Part shown: positions 51,690-63,427 of the stretch, in pieces
How the letters are laid out: the number at the start of each line of letters is the position of its first letter
How positions within the stretch are numbered: position 1 is the stretch's first letter
Source of the DNA: Tetramitus jugosus
Lineage: Eukaryota; Protista; Heterolobosea
Reading direction: 5' to 3'
Length of the DNA stretch: 64,000 bases
Assembly: GCA_937625935.1 (NCBI GenBank)
Contig: OW569363.1
Coordinates: 62,001-126,000, forward strand
The notes under the pieces: model-generated
The model's input: only the letters and a program-made list of their open reading frames with translations
Databases searched by the model: none
Told to the model about the DNA's origin: nothing
Position numbers and translations under genes: made by a program

Positions 51690-52583
51690 CTACGAAGAGT
51701 ACTTGGATTTTATGGTGTCGAGCATGTCCTTGATCTTGAATTTCATGAGTGGTTGACCTCTGGTTGTCTTCATACCAATTCTTCTCTTCTTTTCAACTCT
51801 ATTCTGTGTCTTTTTCCTCTTTTCTTCTTGTTCGATTCTTCGTTGTTCTTCTTGTCTCTTTCGTTCTGCTTGCTTCTCCTCATAGAGCTTCATTGCACTT
51901 GCAAATGAAGAATTTTTGAGTTGCGAGGACTGGTGTTGCTTTCCCTTATTCTTGTGTTGCTGTTTTTGTTGATGTTGTTGTCTGTTGTTTGACCTGACAA
52001 CATCTTCTTCTTCTTCTTCTTCATCACTTTCGATATCACTCTCATCATTTACTGGAGCTCTTGTTGGCTTCTTTAATCGTTTGCCCTTTTCTATATCGTC
52101 TGACTGTTTTCATTTCACATTCATCATTATCATCCAAGCAAGCACATCGTCAATTGTAAAAATCATTCAAGCATGCAAAAAACGCGCCAAAAAATGGAGT
52201 CAGTAAGCATGAGACATGCCAAAAAAAAATGCTTGGAACCAAAGCAAACGTGGCATCCAACATTAGTCAATCAACAATCAACAAACACATACAGTCAAAA
52301 ATTCAGGCAAGGGCTTATCATCGTCATCCTTGTTCAAAAATCCACCCTTTCTCATCAATCTCTTCCTCCTATAACCCAACAACTCCTTCTCCTTCTTTAC
52401 ATTCTCAATCTTTTGTAATTTTCTCTTGTATTGCACATCGTCCTTGGCAAATTTTTCAATGGAAAGTGCTGATTTTTTTCTCGTCCAATCAACTTCATTT
52501 TTTGAGTAATTTCTCTTATTGTTATTATTGTTGTTTTTGTTGTTACTGTGATACGGATGTTGCTTGTGATTTTGAGCGGGCAT
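51690..52583 (-). CDS. FYV7/TAP26(CCDC59)-like rRNA-processing protein; 2 exons 52293-52583 and 51690-52103
   Basis: Phase-0 GTATGT..ACAG intron (52104-52292). C-terminal TTRGQPLMKFKIKDMLDTI motif. Confidence 0.75.
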
Positions 52584-52917
52584 TTCGATTCTTCTTCCAG
52601 TCGTTGTGTTTGTTGTTGGTTTGCTATTGTTCTGTTGTTGTTTGATCTGGGTTCAATGTGTTTGTGCAGACGGAGTTTTTGTCTGACAGAAGTCAATCCC
52701 TCAAACAGTGTTTCCACAGTCAAGGTGCCCAAGACCTGGTTGAAAACTAAATAGTGATACAATTGTAAGCTTTGGTCAACTTATTCATTTTTTTTATTGT
52801 TTTTAATGTTTTTCTGCTGTTGTATGTAGTGTTTGCTCCCTCCCAGTTGACCAATTGTTTTTTGTACATGGCTGTCTGGGATTCTTCTATTCGGCTGAAT
52901 CCCCTTCATCCTTGAGT

Positions 52918-53448
52918 TTAGACCTGTCGTGCCAACCAATCTAATCCTTCAAAGAGTCCTTCTCCAGTTGAAGCGCAAGTTGGTTGGACATACCAGTTCT
53001 TCTGCTTCAGCTCATGAAGATTGAGCAAATCTGTGATCTGTGCAGCTCCTACAGAATTTGGCAAATCTTGCTTGTTGGCCAACACCAAAAGAGTTGCGTT
53101 TCTCAAGTGGTCATCAGACATCATTTTGAACAGCTCATCCTTTGCTTCACCAATACGCTCACGATCGTTGCTGTCAATAGCATAGATGACAGCGTCTGCG
53201 TTCTGGTAGTAGTGTCTCCACAATGGTCTGATTCTGTCTTGACCACCAACATCCCACATGGTAAAGTTAACTTTCTTGTATTGAACAGTCTCAACATTGA
53301 ATCCAATAGTTGGAATCGTTGTCACATTCTCATCCAACTTGATCTTGTACAAAATAGTGGTCTTTCCTGCTGCATCTAACCCTAACAGAAGGATTCTAGC
53401 CTCCTTGTTCTTCCACAAGTCGCTAAAGATGGATTTAATGTTGCCCAT
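52918..53448 (-). CDS. ADP-ribosylation factor (Arf) GTPase
   Basis: MG myristoylation start, [26 protein letters not shown] and TCA. Confidence 0.95.
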   Translation of the reverse strand: MGNIKSIFSDLWKNKEARILLLGLDAAGKTTILYKIKLDENVTTIPTIGFNVETVQYKKVNFTMWDVGGQDRIRPLWRHYYQNADAVIYAIDSNDRERIGEAKDELFKMMSDDHLRNATLLVLANKQDLPNSVGAAQITDLLNLHELKQKNWYVQPTCASTGEGLFEGLDWLARQV

Positions 53449-53720
53449 ATTGTTCAGTTATCTCTACTTCAAGTTTGCTTCTTTGTCAGCTATGTAGTTG
53501 TGTTGTTGATCAAGAATGTAACTCCCTTCAGTCTCTTTTTAAACCACAGTGGTCGTGTGACACTTGTTGTTGCATACCTGGGCAGCAGCTCAGCAATACA
53601 ACTGGCGAGTCAATCTTCTCCAAGCGTCTGAACCTGAAGAATCTGGATGCTTTGGAGTTGAGATTTTCATAGGAATTTATTATTGTGTTACAATGTATTC
53701 TCACAAAAAGTGAGAACAGT

Positions 53721-55640
53721 TTAAAAGTTCTCCTTGTGGAACTTGAACCGAACGGTAGATTGCTTGGACTCACTCACAGCAAAGCTGTACAATTGTTTTG
53801 ACAGTACTGGTGGTCCACACACAAAGATACCAACGCTAGGTCTCGTTTTTCTTGATGCCAGATCCGGAGTGGTCTTCTCAATAAAAGTACGCACAGCACC
53901 AAACTCTTCACTCCAATTTGGTCTACCGAAACGTCTGTTTGTTCCTTGTCTCATCTTTGTCACAGAGTCGACATAGTTTACATAGTTGCTTGGGAATAGA
54001 CCACTTTGCTTTGTGGTCTTATTTGTTCCGAACCACCAACCGCTCTCATCTCTCTCTTGAACTTCAATCTCATCACCTCTGTTCAGTGCCAACTCATCTG
54101 TTGCCTCTGGTTTATAGTCATAATTGGCTCTAGCAATAATTTTCTCTGTTGTCAAGTGAGCTTGATTTCCACTCTGAGCAAACTCGTTACTCGTGTCAAA
54201 GATACGTCTCACATCATCAGCCTTCAGTGCACCAGTCATGTGCGTGTGAATCTCGAAGAAATCTGGTCTCTCATCTTCCAATTGATCCAAGATATCACTG
54301 AACCATTCCCATGATCCCGTATCTCTGTTGATCCAAAAGAAGTACACTCTCTTGATCTTCATCTTCTTCCCCTGTCTCAACTTGTACATCATGTGCTTGA
54401 GCAGTGATGCGTATGGAGTGACACCGATACCGGCAGCAACAAGCATCACATACTCGAAATCAAAGACATACTCGGCTGCCGTACCAAATGGACCATCCAC
54501 TCGAATCAAATAGCTATCACCTGCCGGAGTAGTTGGCTTATTGATCACAACGGTACCTCTACCGGTTGGAACAAACAAATCCTTGAGAGCACCTGTCCAA
54601 TCTCCCACACAACGAATGTGGAACGTGAGACAATCTTCTTCGGGCGCTGACGAAATGGTGAAAGGATGCCATTCGTGACCACTGATCAATGGACAATTGA
54701 CAAAGCAGTATTGTCCAGACTTGTATCTGAACGCAGGCTTGTCCAACTCGAGATGAACCACATTGGACGACAGTGCAGACACTCGCTTGACAATCGTCAC
54801 AGACGATCCTCTAATATTTCTCAACAATCTCTCCGTAATGTACAGTGCAGCTGGACCCAGGAACCACATGTAAAAGTTCTTTGCATGGATCAACAATCCA
54901 CAGAAGAAGAGCAAGAACAAGTGATGCACGTACCAAAAGATGGTAAAATTGTTGGAACGACGATACTTGATCGATGCAGCACTGTACATGATAATCATGA
55001 TGACAGTAAGAATGTTACCAGTCATACCGTACTTGTTTCTCCATGCTGCCTTGTAACTCGAAGGTTCCGGATTGCCCTTTATCGTCGCGTACAACTCGTG
55101 ACAACAACTATAGTTCATGTAGTGCGCCAATGCGTGACCAATCGTACAAACTACAATAAAATAGGCCAAGAATCGATGTGCAACAATATTCTTGTCCAAT
55201 GGCACAATAACACCGAGTTTAAACGTTCGAGCAATATTGAGCATGGTTCTCATGACGGGCAACAAAATCAACGCACAGTTAAAATTGAGTAATTGACCAA
55301 AACCACGTGCAATCATGACGTACACTGCATGATAGTGAGGCCATGCAGTTGGATCTGTTTCTCTCTTGGTCTTGATCACACCATCGACTCTCTTGTACCA
55401 CCTGTAACATGCCTCGATAAAGAGACCAATGTTGATACAGACCCAGATGATAACAATCAACACTTTTTGCCACTCTGTTTCAACATAGTTTCTCCTCTCT
55501 TCATTGTTTGTGATTCTCTTACGCCATTGTTTGACACCACGCACTACATTGGTCTTCACATTGTACAGAAACGTGTTGTTGAAGCAACCATAGATGAAGA
55601 AGGATGCGAAACGTGTTAGAAAATCTCCACAGCAACTCAT
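53721..55640 (-). CDS. NADPH oxidase (gp91phox-like, no EF hands) with internal SH3 domain
   Basis: Heme histidines (HRFL..GHALAH; HHLF..LIH), HPFT, GDWT, DGPFG, AGIGVTP, CGP and FHKENF. SH3 at about 53968-54140. Confidence 0.93.
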   Translation of the reverse strand: MSCCGDFLTRFASFFIYGCFNNTFLYNVKTNVVRGVKQWRKRITNNEERRNYVETEWQKVLIVIIWVCINIGLFIEACYRWYKRVDGVIKTKRETDPTAWPHYHAVYVMIARGFGQLLNFNCALILLPVMRTMLNIARTFKLGVIVPLDKNIVAHRFLAYFIVVCTIGHALAHYMNYSCCHELYATIKGNPEPSSYKAAWRNKYGMTGNILTVIMIIMYSAASIKYRRSNNFTIFWYVHHLFLLFFCGLLIHAKNFYMWFLGPAALYITERLLRNIRGSSVTIVKRVSALSSNVVHLELDKPAFRYKSGQYCFVNCPLISGHEWHPFTISSAPEEDCLTFHIRCVGDWTGALKDLFVPTGRGTVVINKPTTPAGDSYLIRVDGPFGTAAEYVFDFEYVMLVAAGIGVTPYASLLKHMMYKLRQGKKMKIKRVYFFWINRDTGSWEWFSDILDQLEDERPDFFEIHTHMTGALKADDVRRIFDTSNEFAQSGNQAHLTTEKIIARANYDYKPEATDELALNRGDEIEVQERDESGWWFGTNKTTKQSGLFPSNYVNYVDSVTKMRQGTNRRFGRPNWSEEFGAVRTFIEKTTPDLASRKTRPSVGIFVCGPPVLSKQLYSFAVSESKQSTVRFKFHKENF

Positions 55641-55927
55641 GAGTCTTTTTTTTGATATTGTTGTTGCTGTCTTGTAGTTGTTTTATTTTTTTGATTTGAC
55701 AATGTGACGGTAGATGGATGGGTGTCTCTATGGGGGTGGTGCTGTCCTGAGATTCATTGCCAGTCGCCAAAATGACTTTTCTTGACAGATGATCCTTCCA
55801 GAGGGTCGCGGATCCTGTCGGAAACTTCTCCATTCATCGGTCAGAATCAGTGTTGGCGCCAAAAAAAATTAGTTCCCTCCGAAAACGCAACAAAAAAAGT
55901 ACGATTGCAATCATCAGAAGAAAGCTC

Positions 55928-57973
55928 ATGAGCGATCAGCAGCAACAAAAAAGGTTATCCAAATGGGACATGCCTGCGTCATCCACCATTCCTGAACAAC
56001 AAACTCAAGATCAAACAATCAAAACAACAACAACAACAAACACTGCCAGTCTCGACCTCAATGATCGAATGAAGCTCGTTCAGGATGCCGCCAAAAAAAT
56101 CAATGAACAGCTCTACAGTCGCATCGCAGAACACACAAAAATAAAACCACCAATGAGTGAAACAGGTTCATTCATCTCACTCTCTTCCTCTCCACCACCA
56201 CCTCAGCCATCATCACAACCGACTGTTGTTGATCAACCAATGTCCATGTCGGCAGCAGTAGCAACATCATCATCAGAAAACGACTCTTCATCAACAACTG
56301 CAACACCACCACCACCACCACATGAAATTTCAATGTTACCGTTTATTGTTGGTCCAGATAACACTCTGATCAAAGAAATTGAAATCAACAACGTCAGAAA
56401 TCGCTATCTACTGACAAAAGTGGCCACATTGAGTGATATTGAGAGAGATACTGGTGCTGCAGTCACTGTCAAGGGTAAGTACTATAGGGACGGAGAGGTA
56501 CCATTGTCATCAACCGATGAAAGACCACTCTTTTTGCACATTGCTGCAGAGAATGAAGAACAAATGAACAAGGCAACGGCACGCATTGAACAAATCATGA
56601 AACAAGCGCCTAGTTTCCTAACGGCCAAAGTATCAGTGGACATTGAGAACCCTGATCCTCATTTCAACATACCTGCCAATATCATTGGCAAGGGAGGCAT
56701 CAATGTGAAACATATCACACAGGCGACTGGTGGTACACGAGTACAACTCAAGGGCAAAGGATCAGAATATAGGGATCAAGGAGGTCAGGTGGACGAGGAT
56801 GATGAACCCATGTACCTCCATCTCTCCAGCTCTAATCAACAGAATTTGGATAAGGCAAAGAAATTGGCCGAGAGTTTGCTGAACAAGGTGAGACAGAACC
56901 ATGACAAGTTTGTCAATCAAAGAAAACACAATTTCATGGATCGTCAACAAAGACATCAGGAGAAGTCTCCTGTCAGTATTGTTCCACCGTCGATTCAACC
57001 TCCACCCAGTATTGGTGGTCCTCCCTCTGTCGCCCCAGATAACACTGGTGTAGTGTCTGTGACTGAGACCACACCAACATCCGCAACACCGAGCCTATAT
57101 TATCAACAGGTATGCATTTTTTATTGTGATGATAATCTAACAACTCCCGTGGTCACATCCTATAGAATCCATTTTGCTCTTTGTGCTCTTCATACGCGGT
57201 CTATTAATTGGATGAGAAAGAGGGAACAGTGAGTAGAGTGAGATCTTGAGAGTTTATTGATGTAGGTGTATATAGCACCTCCTCTATTTTTCTCTCGCGC
57301 TCTCTCCTCTATCTCCTCCCAATCTCGATCAAAATCACTAACTCTCATCTCTGTTTCTTATTCACCATGTTCACTAACCATGACCTCTTATCATCCTTTA
57401 ACTAACAAAATATGCTCCATCCATGACAACACCAATACCCTCTAACATCGTCAATAGTATTATGGATATCCAACAGGAACTCCTGCTCCGACTACTGTTA
57501 CTGCACCAACTGATGCCAACTCTGCTCAATATTCTGCTGAGTATCAACAATATTACAACTATTATTACGGTGCGGGCTATCCAACATCTGGTAGTGTCAG
57601 CACTCCCTTAGCCACTCCTGCGCCAGGCACATATGGAACACTGCCACCTGCGCCACCTGGCGTATCAAGCACTCCAAGCACATTCAAGAAGAAGAAGAGG
57701 CCTCTCGATGACTCACCAGCAACAGAAGAGAGTCCTCTGAAGGTGATGAAGCATGATGATGGTACATCACAACCACCTCCACCTCCTTCATCAAACACCA
57801 CCGACACTGCAACGCTTTACAATGGCTTAACGGAACAAGAATACTACAATCAGTACTATCAAAACTATTATGCACAGCAACAGCAGGCAGCACAGTATGC
57901 TGGTCAATATTGGCAGCAGTCTAATCAACCTCCACCTCCACCTCCATCAGATCACCCATCTGATGGTCAATGA
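55928..57973 (+). CDS. KHDC4: KH-domain protein (KHDC4/BLOM7/RIK-like); 2 exons 55928-57109 and 57458-57973
   Basis: EIEINN..RYLLTK..TGAAVTVKGKY..RPLFLHI and IIGKGG..VQLKGKGS..EPMYL. GTATGC..CTAAC..ATAG intron; Y/Q/P-rich tail. Confidence 0.8.
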
Positions 57974-58781
57974 AGATGGTGCACGAAGAAAGGTTGCCTT
58001 TTGTCAAGAGAAGAGAGGTTTGCACGACAAGAGTCAATCGAATTGATGTTAATCGATTGGTCGTCAAGATGCATCGAATTGGTAGAGCAAGGTATGCATT
58101 GATCAAAATAATAATCTCTTATAATAATGAGTTTGTCATGTCCTCAGTTTATTTGAAACGTTTCAATCTTCTCCAATAATGATGATACCTTGTAATATTC
58201 GTCATCTGATAACACGTCCAATTCAGATTGAAGATAGTTGTCATTAGGAAGCAAAACACACTTTAACCATTTGTTGAGCTTCATATAATGACTTGCATTC
58301 ATAAATTGCTCAGCGCACACAGCAAACAGAAGAATCGTACTAAAAGTTATAACAGGTATTTAAGAAAGAGCACAATAGCTTCGGAACCCAATTAACACAA
58401 ACCGTGTGATTTCCGCGAAGAGAAGGTCGAGAGGCCATTGGCATTGAAAAAAATAGGTATGAACGTCTTTGCTTCACAACTGTCATCATACATGGCCAAT
58501 GAAGGTCGGTAGGTGACCACTACCAGAAATACACACAATGTGTCTTTGGTTTAGAATCATTTGATCTGTCAACAGGAAATTGGCAAGAGTATGTCCTCTC
58601 TCCTCAGTCTAGTGGAGGTCGTTCCTCTTCATTTCTTCTGCCAGAAAAAAATTTGCCCTCAATGAACATTCATTCACACAGATGAAGGCTCACTCAACTA
58701 ATCGAAGTCAACCTGCGCCAACGAAAAAATCCAAAAAATTAAACAAAACAACAACTACGTCACAACCATCATATAGAAACT

Positions 58782-59216
58782 ATGTCTACAAAGTCAGAGC
58801 AACTTGTCTGGAACATTGTCAAGAGAAACAATGCTTTCTTAGTGAAGACCAGAAGATTCGGCGGTCTTGAATTGTCTCTTGAAAAGAACAACTTGACCAA
58901 CACAAACAGCTTCAAATACTCTGGATTCAGAGACAGAGCTGTTGATGTTAAGCTCACCAAGAAGGGTGCTAGAGTTGAGAAGAAGAACGTTAAGAACGCT
59001 CAAACCCCAAAGAAGTCCGTCTACGGTGTTAAGATCAACAAGCACGGATTCAACGGAAAGGCTACCTCTGTTGTTGTTCAAACCCAAGGCTTGAACTACA
59101 GACCAGATTTGGCTGCTGCTTCCTTGCAAAAGCTTAGAAAGCTCCACAACGCTGCTCAAAAGGCAAAGAAGGCAACCAAGACCACCGTTGCTGCCAGCGA
59201 AGTCATCAAGGCTTAA
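58782..59216 (+). CDS. RPL28: 60S ribosomal protein eL28
   Basis: LVWNIVKRNNAFLVK, NNLTNTNSFKYSG and YRPDL; strongly biased codon usage. Confidence 0.95.
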   Translation: MSTKSEQLVWNIVKRNNAFLVKTRRFGGLELSLEKNNLTNTNSFKYSGFRDRAVDVKLTKKGARVEKKNVKNAQTPKKSVYGVKINKHGFNGKATSVVVQTQGLNYRPDLAAASLQKLRKLHNAAQKAKKATKTTVAASEVIKA

Positions 59217-59525
59217 ATTTTCATAAATCTTTGGTTTCTAAATTTTTTCACCTTTTGTAAATTTTCTATGGTGTTTAATTGTAAATATCCGACATGGAAC
59301 ATGATATTTTTGTAATTGTTCCTGGCAACCAGGCCTTTTGGTTTCTCCCTTTTTGTTGTCCTGCTTCAAAACCGAAAAAAAAACAACACACACTACAATC
59401 TCTCAAACACACAACCACACTAATCTCACACACGACCCACCCTATCTCTCTCTTTATTCCTATCACCCCCTACTTTCTAAACCTCTCTTGTACTACATCT
59501 ATATTTATTAACAACAACAACAAAA

Positions 59526-61397
59526 ATGAACACCTTTCAACCCATGTATCATCAATTGACTCACCACCATCATCAATCTGCTTGCTATTTGAACCTTCCA
59601 CAACAACCACAACCACAACAACCAAAAGAAGAAGACAATGACTTTGATGATTTCTTTTTATTGGATCACTTTGAAAACGAAGGATTGAGTGACTATTCCA
59701 CATCTACTACAACTAGTATCGAAGACAGTGATGAAGACTCATTCAGCCATCGTTCCTCTTCTTCTTGTTCCATGACCTCATCAACAACATCAACTGGTGC
59801 CAATGACGCTCTGATTCATCACACAACAGACAACTCTGCCGACGTGTTGTGCCATTATTCGGACGATGATGACGAAGAGTCAATGACAACAACAGCAACA
59901 ACAAACAATGACATTTTTTCGTCACTTGTCTCCCATTCTGCTCATCTCAACAACAATAACAACAACATTGCCTGTGCACCAATTCATCAAGTTGTGAATC
60001 CATTGCCCATCATTCGTGTCTCATTGCCTAGTCCATCCATTGTTCACGTGCCTGCTTCCCCTGCTGCTGTTACATCTACTGTTCAAAACAACAACAACAA
60101 CAACAACAATAGTGAAACAACATCTCCTTCCACCGCATCTACTGCTGCCGTCGTCTCTAATCAGCCCATGACTGCTCAATTGAAGCCTGCAAAGGGAAAG
60201 GAAGATCAATACACAGTTGGAAGCTTCCCAGTCTCACTCCTCTGTCATCCATACAAGTATGACTTGAAGTTGATTGGTGAATTGACAAACAATGGTACCA
60301 CCACTACCACCACCACCACATCCACTGCTGACAACAAAGCATCATCATCAAAGATTACAAGCATCACTGAGCTTTTGAATCAACAGAGAAGTGGCAGTGC
60401 AAACAACAGCAGTAACAACAATGCAAGTCAACAACAAACAAAGGAAGAGTCCGATGTTTTGAGCCTATTGTTGTTGGATGCTGACACGTATGATGTGCCT
60501 GTGATTCAACTCGATGACGATCATCACCTCCAATTCTCTCAACCACTCGTGTTGAAGAAGAAGGAGTTTGTGACTGTTGAGTCCGTGACTCACGTGAGCA
60601 ACAATGAGCGAATCATTCGATTTGTTTTCAATCTGTGTTCTTTCCACGTGAAGAAGCGCGCTTTCCGATTGGTTGTTGTGAACAAGGCTTCTGGTGAGCA
60701 CTTGTTTGTCTCTACTCCGTTCAAGACATTTGCAAGAAGACGTGACACTCAATCCTCCTCATCTGCATCTTCATTGTCATCTAGCAAGAACTCGTTCCAG
60801 CACGCATTGCGCAGCGCCAATCACTTGTACTTTGCACAACATCAACAAGCACGTGCAAGTGGCGGTTTGTTGCCCACAATGGGTGGTGTTGTCAACAACA
60901 ATGGAACAACAACGAGTGCCAAGATGCCAAAGAGACCAACTACTCATAGAAGATTTATGGCCAACACTCCTTATGCTGCTCCTACTGTTGCTGCTGCTGC
61001 TTCAGTTGCAAACAACAAGCGTTCTGCTTCTGCTGCTGCTCATTTCCAACAACAGCAACAACAGCACATGGAAGCACAACCAATGATGGGTTCAATGCCA
61101 GTCATGTATGCACCATCAGGTGTATCGACTGCATCCATGTTCGTTCCCATGTATCATCACCAAGCTGCTGCTACATCTGCTGCTCCATGCTATGCTTATC
61201 CAATGGAGGCCATGTTGCAGAATTTGGGATCACAGGAACGTACATCATTGGCCATTCAGTTGATGAGTTCATTGTCACCATTGGAGAGACAAACAGTTGA
61301 TTTTTATTTGAATTGTTCAGAACAGTGTCAATATTCGATGCCTGCAACAAGTACAAACACCACAGTCATGAACAAGGCAACCAAATACCAAGTATAA
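59526..61397 (+). CDS. Putative transcription factor: low-complexity protein with a central beta-rich domain
   Basis: Acidic N-terminus, Q/N/T tracts, and a folded segment RIIRFVFNLCSFHVKKRAFRLVVV..STPFKTFARRR. Confidence 0.6.
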   Translation: MNTFQPMYHQLTHHHHQSACYLNLPQQPQPQQPKEEDNDFDDFFLLDHFENEGLSDYSTSTTTSIEDSDEDSFSHRSSSSCSMTSSTTSTGANDALIHHTTDNSADVLCHYSDDDDEESMTTTATTNNDIFSSLVSHSAHLNNNNNNIACAPIHQVVNPLPIIRVSLPSPSIVHVPASPAAVTSTVQNNNNNNNNSETTSPSTASTAAVVSNQPMTAQLKPAKGKEDQYTVGSFPVSLLCHPYKYDLKLIGELTNNGTTTTTTTTSTADNKASSSKITSITELLNQQRSGSANNSSNNNASQQQTKEESDVLSLLLLDADTYDVPVIQLDDDHHLQFSQPLVLKKKEFVTVESVTHVSNNERIIRFVFNLCSFHVKKRAFRLVVVNKASGEHLFVSTPFKTFARRRDTQSSSSASSLSSSKNSFQHALRSANHLYFAQHQQARASGGLLPTMGGVVNNNGTTTSAKMPKRPTTHRRFMANTPYAAPTVAAAASVANNKRSASAAAHFQQQQQQHMEAQPMMGSMPVMYAPSGVSTASMFVPMYHHQAAATSAAPCYAYPMEAMLQNLGSQERTSLAIQLMSSLSPLERQTVDFYLNCSEQCQYSMPATSTNTTVMNKATKYQV

Positions 61398-62384
61398 TAA
61401 TCGTGTAGTTGCCTCAACATTGCAAATGACAGCATCGTCACGATTAAGCACGAATGACTATTGTTCAATGCAAGGGACGACATGTGAATCATTGGATGTG
61501 AGAATTTTGTGCGACTCTTAACGAATTGAGTGCTCTTATTGTGCATTCTTCAGACAGGGTATACGCGCATTTTCACGATCCCACATGTTTGATCATCCCT
61601 TGCAACAATGGTTGTTTGAAACAGCATACTTTTCCTGTTTGGTTGCAGCGTTCATTGATTGTTTTTTTTTTCGGATTTACCATTGGTTGATCTTGTCCAT
61701 CCAGTACATTGAGCCCCACATTACTATTGATTTTAGTGGTGCTGCTTGTGCTGGTCTCATTTGCAAGATTGCTCCAGGAACCTTTCCTCTCTCATGCCTA
61801 TTCCTCTGTCTGATTGGATCAGAAGAGAATGAGTGAGTGAGGAAGAGTGAGCGAGCTTGCATGAGAACATGGATTGACTCTTCATGATTAGCAGTACACT
61901 TTTTATGAAGGTTACATGGATGAATCATCAACCCTCAAATGGTATCTCCACCTCCCCATTATCCATCCTTCTATATTCACTATCTATATCCCCATCTATA
62001 TATACCACCAACCGTCTGATGCATGGTTGTCTGGGGATTCTTCTCTGGACGATGAACAATTGTCATTGTGTGAGTACAGATACACACATGTCATTGTTAC
62101 ACAACAGGGAATCGAGTCCCAATAGTGACTTCCACCCAGACACAACTCTATATTATGTATCCCCATCTCATTGTGTGAAAAGAGATTAAGGTGTAATTTG
62201 TGCCTTCCAATAAACAAATTGAAAGATTGTGTGTTAATCTAATCGTTTTAACTTTTATTCGCCTTGTCAGATGCCAGATCAGAAACTTGGTGGCTCGAAC
62301 ACGTGTCCGCTAACAATCTTGAAACCCGATCATGGAGGCTCCTCCAGTAGCAATACCAAACAAACAAATTGAATAACCTCACAA

Positions 62385-62945
62385 ATGACAACTATCTTAT
62401 TGTCATATATCTTGAATTTCTTTGCCTGGTTACTTTCACTGTTTTTTACTCCTAAACCGAGCAATATTCTCGTTCTTGGATTGGACAACTCTGGCAAGAC
62501 AACATTGTGCCACTATCTGTACTCAAGTATAGCGATTCAACAATCCCCTCTGCGTGACTACCCAACTCCAACTCCAGTTCTAATCGGAGGTAGTTCTTTT
62601 AATGTATTCGAGCACCGTCATGGGAGAATACCAGATGATTATTGGAGTGATATTCAGGGAATACTGTTCTTGGTGAGTGCAAGGGAGAGTGATAGATTCG
62701 ACGAGGTAAAGAGAGAGTTGGACACGTTACGATCGAACCAAAGGATTGAAAATATTCCTATCGCAGTCTTGGGCAATAAGATTGATCATGTGGACGCAGT
62801 AGGAGAACAGGAACTTCGGGATGCTTTGGGAGTTCAGAGTGAATGCAGCTCTGGAAGACCTCTCAAAGTTTTTATGACATCGATAGTGTGTCGTGGGGTA
62901 GGCATACAAGAGGCCTTTCAATGGCTTGCTCTCCTCAAATCCTGA
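62385..62945 (+). CDS. Divergent Sar1-like GTPase
   Basis: LGLDNSGKTT, VLGNKID, EQELRDALG, RPLKVFMTSIV and EAFQWL. DxxG is absent. Confidence 0.8.
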   Translation: MTTILLSYILNFFAWLLSLFFTPKPSNILVLGLDNSGKTTLCHYLYSSIAIQQSPLRDYPTPTPVLIGGSSFNVFEHRHGRIPDDYWSDIQGILFLVSARESDRFDEVKRELDTLRSNQRIENIPIAVLGNKIDHVDAVGEQELRDALGVQSECSSGRPLKVFMTSIVCRGVGIQEAFQWLALLKS

Positions 62946-63427
62946 GGTTCATTCAAGCATGAATAGAAGTTTCTGTTGTTTTGGGAAAGAAAATGGGACA
63001 GCAACTCGGAATAGAGCGCGATCCCACGAGCCACTTTGTGACTCTGGACAGTGAAGGCTTAATCAATACGCTTGGAATTGTTTAGATTGAAATTGTGGCA
63101 TCCATACACGCAGCAAATAAAGGAAACGATTTCGTCCACCCAGTTTCGAAAGCAGTATGTGGGTTCTTAGAAGTTCCCTTTTCGGAAGTTCGTTTTGCAT
63201 GAAAAACAAATTCGTCGATCCCATAGTTATTCGAGATCGGTGTACTTTATTGAAGCTAAAAGGAAATCCAAGTCCATTATTTATCGAGTAACACTGAGAA
63301 GACATCCAGCAACAATTCAACCTCCGATACAGCTATCAGACTCAAGCCTACTTTGCCGGGTCCTCGTCTTCTGGCGTTGCTCAGATCTGGTGGAGTGGGC
63401 GAGAGTTTTTTGAGTTCGCCAGAAGCA

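Noticed and set aside
58410-58630. Possible long-range pairing (GAAGAG/CTCTTC, GAGAGG/CCTCTC, CATTGGC/GCCAATG) suggesting SRP or RNase P/MRP RNA
   Set aside because: The conserved SRP helix 8 and P4 motifs were not found, and short purine/pyrimidine stems are expected by chance.
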